Position numbers and translations under genes: made by a program. Source: Daphnia carinata (taxonomy: Eukaryota). Taken from it: DNA of 64,000 nt. Every line of letters starts with the position of its first letter. The first letter of the stretch is position 1. The notes under the pieces are model-generated. The model had not been told where the DNA came from, made no database searches, and saw only the letters and a program-made list of their open reading frames with translations. The stretch covers positions 3,286,001-3,350,000 of the forward strand of contig NC_081333.1 of the NCBI RefSeq assembly GCF_022539665.2. The letters are read 5' to 3'. Shown one piece after another: positions 38,469 to 46,600 of this stretch.

Positions 38469-39314
38469 TTAAAGGAAAAAGATTTCGAACTCAAGCCTTT
38501 CGATTTCGACATGTTCTCCGATTATGCGACCAAGACCGTCCCTTACAGCAAGGCGAAATTCATTGCTATTCATCAGCACTTCGACATCCGCCCTGCTCCC
38601 CGATATTGGATATGAGATATCAATCACTTCCCCTCCACAGTATAAAATCCAGTTATCATTCGGTTGTTGTTCAGCTAAAATTATAACGATGTCGTCTTCA
38701 TCTGGTACGTGTCTTTGATCGCTGGTTTCAACTGATGGAGAGTGTTTGTTCCTGCGAATCGAACCGGTGATCGGATATCTGCACATGGGGCATTGCAATT
38801 TAATGCGACTCCATTTAACCAGACATTCGTAGCAAAACGTGTGACAGCAGTTTAGCCAGTATTTATCGACGAACGGTCCTAAGCAAATGGGACATTCCTC
38901 GAGACTTACCTGTACCTGTTTCCGACTGCTAGGCATCCTCTTCTTGTGGCACTTCCAACATAAAAAACCAGCGATGACCATAGCTATCCAATTGAAAAGG
39001 CTGGTACGGTCAATGATTTTGCCATCCTCAATTCCAATGAAAAACGCGGAGGCGATCTTGTATACGTAAAGGAGAATAAAGGCAAAGATGTCGGCCCTGT
39101 TGAACAGCTGGATGTCTGATCTAGCTACAGCGTTGAATGTAATACACCATGAATGATATGTCCAATCCAAAAGTCCTTGAATGATTCGATAGCATGAAAA
39201 TTCATTGATTATCAAATAAGCAAAAAGGATTTCCCAAATGACAGCCATCCATGATCTTGCAGTCATCAACGAGAGGATGAGGAAAGTAAACAAAGATTGA
39301 ATAACGTTTGCCAT
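38469..39314 (-). CDS. Intronless membrane-anchored C3HC4 RING-finger protein (putative E3 ligase, Topors-like RING)
   Basis: ORF is open to 39500; the likely start is MANVIQSLF at 39314. Several hydrophobic segments precede CPICLGPFVDKYWLNCCHTFCYECLVKWSRIKLQCPMCRYP. Confidence 0.8.
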   Translation of the reverse strand: MANVIQSLFTFLILSLMTARSWMAVIWEILFAYLIINEFSCYRIIQGLLDWTYHSWCITFNAVARSDIQLFNRADIFAFILLYVYKIASAFFIGIEDGKIIDRTSLFNWIAMVIAGFLCWKCHKKRMPSSRKQVQVSLEECPICLGPFVDKYWLNCCHTFCYECLVKWSRIKLQCPMCRYPITGSIRRNKHSPSVETSDQRHVPDEDDIVIILAEQQPNDNWILYCGGEVIDISYPISGSRADVEVLMNSNEFRLAVRDGLGRIIGEHVEIERLEFEIFFL

Positions 39315-39772
39315 TATTTGATAACTTATTTGAATTTTACAGCGAAAACTTGGTTGAACGGAGTTTGTTACTAAAGATGTGGTATCCGATAACGCATCAG
39401 AGCGTATACGCTTCGCACACAATGTACGTGTTTTGCATACGAAATTCAGACAAATATGTTTTTGCCATAACATTATCTGCAAACACGGTATTTTATCCAT
39501 CTATTTCAATAGCTTCCAATACAATAGAATAACCAGAAAAGGGTCGAATCGACACGAACGTCCGGGTATTGCAAGCGAAAAAAAATCTTGTTTGGAAAAA
39601 AGCGGATGGCTTGTTGTCTTGCCTGTTAGCTATACGTATCGCTCTAGAAGGGTCTCATTATTTTTTCGTAGAATTGATCGTCTATTGGCAGACCGAAAGG
39701 ATTGCAGGAAATATACCTGGGGGACCTGGATGTGATTCTTGCCCAAGGTTGCGCGGAAAAGAAAGCTTGATT

Positions 39773-39850
39773 GGGGAAAATCCTTAAAGACTATCCACAG
39801 CTTGCTAACGATTTTCAGAAACGACCTTCACTTGTGCACTCGTATAAATA
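39773..39850 (+). promoter_or_regulatory. kappaB/Rel-like site plus TATA box upstream of the 39918 peptide gene
   Basis: GGGGAAAATCC at 39773-39783; TATAAATA at 39843-39850; ATG at 39918. Confidence 0.55.
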
Positions 39851-39917
39851 AAGCCACAAGTATCTGACATATTCACAGCAGTACAGTTCTTTCTTCGGCA
39901 TTTGACGGATTTAGAAA

Positions 39918-40421
39918 ATGACTGGTTCCTATTTGCTTGCCATTTTATTCTGCACTCAAGTTATCCTGACAGCTAACGGCCGTCCTCTTGGTGATGATGG
40001 TGAGTGGATGGATGACGTATCCCTTAATCCAGAGATTATGGGCTTAAACGATGAAGAGGATAACTCTCTATCGCGATCTGCTTCGGCCGTCGAAGACAAT
40101 GGCGAATGGGTGGACGATGTCACTGGTAACATGTTCATCATGGGCGAAGATCCTTTAAGCCAATCAACTGGATTGTCTGGTAAGTGTGAAGTATTTAAAT
40201 TTCTAGTCGAATGATTCTATAAAACGGCCTTTTTTCTGACAGACGATGTGAACGCTCGTAAGAAACGAGATGTTGGTAAGAAGATTCTGAAACTTTTGAA
40301 GAAGGCGTCCAAGAAATTGAAGAGAGACGTGATCGATACGTTGACCGTTGATCGTGAAAAGCAAAGCCCTACAAAGATTAAACTGGAGAAGACGTTGCTT
40401 CAGACTATGAAGAAACCATAG
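39918..40421 (+). CDS. 146-aa secreted prepropeptide; candidate cationic antimicrobial or bioactive peptide precursor
   Basis: Exon 1 39918-40179, phase-1 GT-AG intron 40180-40242 (63 nt), exon 2 40243-40421. Product: MTGSYLLAILFCTQVILTANG-RPLGDDGEWMDDV...EDNGEWVDDV...DDVNA-RKKR-DVGKKILKLLKKASKKL-KR-DVIDTLTVDREKQSPTKIKLEKTLLQTMKKP*. Confidence 0.85.
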
Positions 40422-40677
40422 AAATCAGCTGCAAAAAATTCAATGTTGTTATTAAAAAAAAAAAAAAGAGAGCATCCAAGTCTACTTTGCATTCGATTAT
40501 AATTGTTTCTGACGTTTCACTGATCGCAACCAATACAACGTCAACTGTGTCTTTTAATTCTTGTATAACGATTTATATATTTTCAAAGCTACGTTACTAG
40601 GTGTCCTATATTTCTCTTGATTAGTGTTGTCAGGTAAGTATGCGGAAAATGGTGATGACATGAAGGATGTTTCGCAT

Positions 40678-41735
40678 TTAAGATGGCGCCACGTTCTCTT
40701 CGACCACCGGCGATTCAACCGTCTCATCGTCATGAGTGTACCTTTAAAATATCCCCAATTTGGGTATCATTATTCGCTGTGATATAACATCTTTATGATC
40801 TTAATGTAACGAAACGACGCTTAGTCACAAACCGTACCTTATTTGGTCTGATTCTTTTTCTGGAACATGGGCGATATTGACAGCAAACATCATCCATGTC
40901 AACTGTTGTTCGGTCAATGGACCACCGAGAAAAGCGTAAGCCGGTTCTCCCCAGCACGTAACAGTGTATGGTTCATTATCTTCCTGGCAAAACGTCTTTT
41001 CATTTACATACAAAAGTATTAACTCGGCAACTTTCGGTTTCTCCAAAATAGACGCGATCTTTGCCAACGACTTGAGGACTCTTTGGTAATTCTCCAGCAC
41101 AAACGGATCGTGCGTGTTGGATGACTTGCAAGCTCGATGGAAGTACGGATCGGCATGAATGAGAAATTTTAAATCCTCCGTAATTGGACTCATGTCCAAC
41201 GTTGGGAACATTTTGGTCCATTTTTTCTCCAGTGTTCTGATGACGTGAACATTGTCATTGGATAACAGAGCAGGGTATTTCGTTTTCCAAGGTTTTCCCG
41301 ATTTATCTCTGCCATCGAAACAATCCTTTAGACCACTAAAAGCCACTCTGTAGTTCTCGACGCAAAGTCTTGTTTGTTCGATTAGCGTCTCTTCTTTGGA
41401 TTGATACCTATTGTGACACACTTGTAGACTTTTAGATGAAGACGTATTTATGAATTTAAATGATTTACAGGTAGTGATTGCAGCGAGAACATTCTACATG
41501 CCAAAGGCTTCTGATGAAGTAGCTTCTCTTTCCTGGTTTTAAAATGGCTTCCATTCTTTCTTGCCTGAAACAAACACACCAATACTTGTTTATCATGAAA
41601 ATAGATGAAAAGATATATATACACAAGCTTTTACCATTCTCTGTAGGCAGGATTAGATGTCTTTATTATTTTGTTTTCTCCAGCACCAAGGACACTTTTA
41701 CTGAAAATATTTTGCAAAGTTTGCAAGAAACTCAT
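40678..41735 (-). CDS. Uncharacterised ~290-aa protein, 4 exons
   Basis: Phase-consistent splicing: MSFLQTLQNIFSKSVLG..YREW|QERMEAILKPG..CSRCNHYL|LQVCHNRY...ESDQIR|YTHDDETVESPVVEENVAPS*. No domain recognised. Confidence 0.7.
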
Positions 41736-41927
41736 TGTCACAGTTTTATCTCTTACGTTCGACTGTCTCAAAATCTAGACTGAAAATTTAATCACTGTAT
41801 TCTAAACGTTTGACTTTCTAACTCTAAAGGCCCTAAAACAATCGTTGATTCAACGTTGCTTACAGCTAAAATAGACTATTAAAAACAAAACGTATTATTA
41901 AAAAAAAAAAAAAAACATTCTGCATAT

Positions 41928-42644
41928 TTAGTCCTCGTAATCTTCCATTTCGACGTCAGCTGATTGAGAGATTAGCCATCTAACGAAGTTAATGATGCCG
42001 TGAAAGAATCCTACTCCTGAAGGTGAAAAAATAGGCTCTTGTTCCAGTTGTTCTTTATCCACAAACATGATAATGTCGTAATCGTCGATTGTGCCTGTCA
42101 TCAGTTGGGGATCAAGTTCTTCTTCTTGAGGGAGTTCTTGCTTCTCGTGCAACGGGAAGGTTGCTGCAACTTCTTCATTCGTCTTTGTAGTTGTTGACGT
42201 TGTCAGCCTTTCTGTTGTTGTTATTGGAACACTCGTACTTTCGACCGGCAAAGCCTCTTTTTCTTTACGGCCATTGTCTAGTTTTCTAAATTTCAATCTG
42301 TGACGTAACTCGTAATACTTTTGAAAGGCTCGTTCAGACAAATCTGTAGGGATGACGTTCAACCTGTCGTGGCTTGAAGACTCGCCAATCTTGCGTACGG
42401 GTTGTTTTTCTTGGTCCATTTCCAATCGAGTGTCATCCGAATCGTTTGTGTATCGCTGTTTTAGTCGGTCTACGGCATTCCCAGATTAAAAGATAACACT
42501 GTAAAATACTCATATGTTCTATTTGATGACACAGAAAAGTTTTGGCAACTCACCATTCAGTTCTATCCTTAGAAATTCTTCACTCATGACACAGTCACAC
42601 GCCAGTATAGCCAACAAAATCAATGGCCCCATCACGAAATGCAT
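41928..42644 (-). CDS. Uncharacterised secreted acidic/Thr-rich protein, 2 exons
   Basis: Signal peptide MHFVMGPLILLAILACDC. A phase-1 intron (aatg|gtgagt ... gccgtag|accgac) joins in frame to the 41928-42425 ORF. Confidence 0.75.
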
Positions 42645-43627
42645 CGTAAACTTTGTGCTGTAACGTTTTCGGAAGCCCGTCTCGAACTCAAGCCAAACAA
42701 AAAGAGACGCACGACAACTATTATATCTTAAACTTTAAAGGACGTTTTTCCAAGTTTATTATTGTTTTCGCATTTCAATTCCATATAGAATCGTAGCTGA
42801 TATTTTTATTTCTCTGAAAAGAAAAGGTTTGGCAATAATAAAACAACATGTCAAGCACCTCTTTTGACAAACGTTTCTTAAGAAAAAAGGCAAAACAGTT
42901 CAAGGCTTCAATGTTTTCCTGTTCTCTTCTCGAAGGTTATGATTTCACAGTTGTAAATTTTGTTTTAGTCTTAAAAATAAAGGTCATTAAAAAGAGATGC
43001 ATACAAGGATCGCTAATGGCATTCATTGCTTAAGGCTATTTCTTATTTAGCTGGACGGCTTCTTGTCTTGGTAAGTACAAGGTTCTTAAGAACTTGGCGA
43101 GACAATCTAAATTGGGCTAGACGCTAACCAATATAATCAGGTCGCGATTGAAAATGACCGTCAATCCAATGGGAATTTTCTTGTTGCATTTCGTGTTCTA
43201 TTTTTAAAGCGACTCCTTTCTTCCAGTTTAACCCTATTTAAGCGACCCTGATTTGACATCCTACTCTCTCCGGAATGATTTCAAGGTTTAAAAGAAAATA
43301 AAAACACGATAAGTATTTGCCACGAGGGGAAATGCTTCTATAGGGACATGCCATGAAGGACATGTCCACACCCTCATTCCGGAATTTCAAGTCATCAAAA
43401 GACAAATCTGGAAAGCTTTTGTTTTGCAACAAAAAAAAAAGTGTATTAGTAACTTATTAGTAACTTCTTGTAACAGTATGGTGATGGAACGGTTCAAATC
43501 CCGATTTTGCGGACCCAATTAAGCTGCGTGGGAATTCATTTTAAATTACACAAATCATTAGTGGGTGATCACAGGTCAAGACACATGTCCGACCGGGTAA
43601 TCCCTAAGGCGAAAGGAGTTAAGTGAT

Positions 43628-46600
43628 CTAGTTGAAGGTTTCTCTGGAACATCACAAACAAACCAACTATTAAAAAGATGTTCGAAATTAGGCAATTGTT
43701 GCTGCTACTTACCCGTGCTGATTAATGCTCGAAGTTCTTCCACGGACGGCAGCTTGTCTACTGCGTGTTAGAAAACCCTGGCCAGCCGTAGACGGGGCCG
43801 GCACTGGAGCCATCGCTTGGTTTTGGACGGCATGGCCTGAACCCAACCGTTGCTCCATGGCTTGACGTTGAAGTTGCATACCCTATTCAAAATCCGCGTG
43901 ATTAAAAGATGATATCAATGCCACTATGATGTTATTTCATACCAAATTGTAAAAGGCTGTTGTGACGAGTTGGTCCTCAGTATCGCGCATAGCTTTGTGT
44001 CTTTCGGTCTCTATTTCAAGCCGTTCAATCAATCGATCTTTCTCTCTCAGCTGGGCTTGCAAGGCGGCCATCTCCGGTGAAGCGGCCGGATTGTTTTTCG
44101 GATCCAAGGTCTTCAACACCATCTTGGCCTTTTCAATGTACCTTTTGTAACGTTCTTCCATTGCTTGCATTTCATTTTCTTTGCGGTTCAGCGTATCTTG
44201 TGCACCTTTTGTACGGTCCACTAACAAACACACGGAGATTGATTCACGTGTAACAACAAAGCGAACATCAATTATGTACTTACTTTGTTCAGTCAGCCTG
44301 TGTTCCATCTTTTCGACTTCGAGTTTCTTCTGTTGCACCTCCCTCTCCAGACTCTTGATTCGTATCTTCAAAGCCGCAACGTCCTTCGTATCAGATTGGC
44401 TTTCGGTACCGCTGCTGGAGACGGGCGATGCGACTCGACTGTTCTCCAATTGGATCTCTAGTTCCAGCACGCGCTTGGTCGATTTTCTAGACGATGGCCA
44501 TAGAAGCGAAACAACAAGAATACACACACAAAAAAAGAAATTTAGTACACCTGTTTTTAATAATTCGATTTTCAAAACAAAAAACGAATTCCTCTTTCTA
44601 AGTGCATTTTTTTTTTTTTTTTTTACCTGATTGTTTTGGTCGAAGGCGGATCGGGGACTGCGTCAAACCCTTTCTTTTTGTTCGCATTTCAAACCATCCC
44701 TCAATTTTTCTTTTTAAAAGCTAAAATCTACTTACTGAAACAAAGTTTATTGCGATTTGTGTAGCAAATGAACTACAAAAAAAGATAGGACGAGTATTTT
44801 TTTTTTTTCGTTGCAAAAAAAAAAAAATTAACACAAATTGCTGACGACTAAATCTACATATTTTTTGGGAGACACGATAGATATTGGAAGTTGGATTAGT
44901 AAATAGAGAGAAAAAAAAAAAGACCCCCCTATTTTTTGTTCCCTTAAGGTTTTTGTTTTAGTAAATATTTTCAATTCACCACCCGCCTTCGACCAGAACA
45001 ACATTTGTTTGTGCGTATTGGCAATACATGATTATAATAATATACTGGATAGCTAAAGTTAATTAGATCCTCTCTCTCTCTCGATTGACTCTCGAATCGG
45101 GTGCGCTTTCTGATCGCTACACAATTTGAGTACGTTTTCTAAACGTTTTTTTTTTTTTTTCACTTGCGAGAGGAGAAAGAAATGGACGATGGAGTAGAAA
45201 AAGATCTTGAATAAATACTGACATTAAAGCATATAAACTCTAAACAGATTGGAGTTCTCTTTTTTTTTGTTAGGACAAAATTGGGGTGGGAAGATCTTGT
45301 GAGAAAGGCCGATTTTCACGTCTCTATTGTTTGCGACGAGATTGAGAAATTGGCCATGGTGAGAACTTGTACGATATCGATAGGACCCGAATATCACAGA
45401 GAAAGCAAGGGATTCTTTCTTCCTACTTCTGTACTCGCATCTACCACACAGAGCAACATTGGAGTTCTAAAATTATTTTTGTTTTTATACGAGCACAACC
45501 CTGTTACCTGCTTTCGTTCTCAACCTTCATTTAAAAGTCTCCATTTTTTTCTTACTAGCACACAATTTTCTAGAGTAAATGCTTAAAAATAGAAAAACGA
45601 ATAAAAATTAAAGAGGAATGTCTACTATGATGGCACGTAAGGGGACCGACTTTTTAGCATCGTCGTTAATCGAAAAATCTCTCAGGGCTACATAGTTAGC
45701 TGCTAATCGACTTTGAGCGCCACGAGTTTCTATCGGGGGGGTGGTAAGACACACGCCATGAGCAAACAGATAATGTATATAGAAAAATCAATAGCGTTCG
45801 TAAATATTTAGGTCGTGAGAAAAAATTATTTTCCTCTAGTTTCAAGGGCCGCAAAGGGAAAACATAGCGTTGGCAGCGGCTTTGAACATTTTGCGCTTTT
45901 TCAACGACTTTCCGAAACTCTTCCTCGAACTCGTGTCGTCGGAATTGCGATGGGCAGAAGAGCGCGGAGTCAGCAAAAGCGATTGGGATCTATCAAATGA
46001 ACGATCGGAGCTGACGATCGTCTCACTGATGATTGAAAAAGAGGAGACCGACTCGCAATCGAACGAGGCTCTCCCATCGTGGAACGAGACGTCGATCTCG
46101 ATGGAATCGTCGGGCGGGCTACGCAACAACCCCGCCCCACTACCGCCAACGTCCTTCTTGTAAGGTAAGGCATTAAAATCGATCATAATTCCATCATCGA
46201 AATGGCTACTGTTGGGCGAATAGCGGGGCGATGAGGTGGACTCTTCGTAATGAATCGAATCACCGCCTCGATAGCCCGAGTCCGTCTCATCGCGTGGCGA
46301 CGAGTCTCTGGTGATGACGACGGCCTCCACCGGTGGCGGTGGCGGTTGATGGGACTGCGCTTGATGATAGCCATTCACTTCCATTTTGGATAAGGCTGGG
46401 TCACTTTCTCTTCGATGTGGTAGGGTGGCGAGACGGAGGAGACTGCTGCGGTCGCCTAGGCCGCCGCTCAACGGTAGCGACGTTTCTAATTGCCGGGTCT
46501 CGCTTTCAGAACTGCCCCACTTTCTATCCTGGGAACTCGTGGCCGCTGCAATACCGAAACCTAGGGCTCTGTCGTAACCGTAACTGACTGAACGGGAAAA

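Noticed and set aside
42470..42500. Apparent non-canonical (TG) acceptor or premature stop in the secreted orphan gene
   Set aside because: A canonical in-frame acceptor (gccgtag|accgac) lies a few bases downstream.
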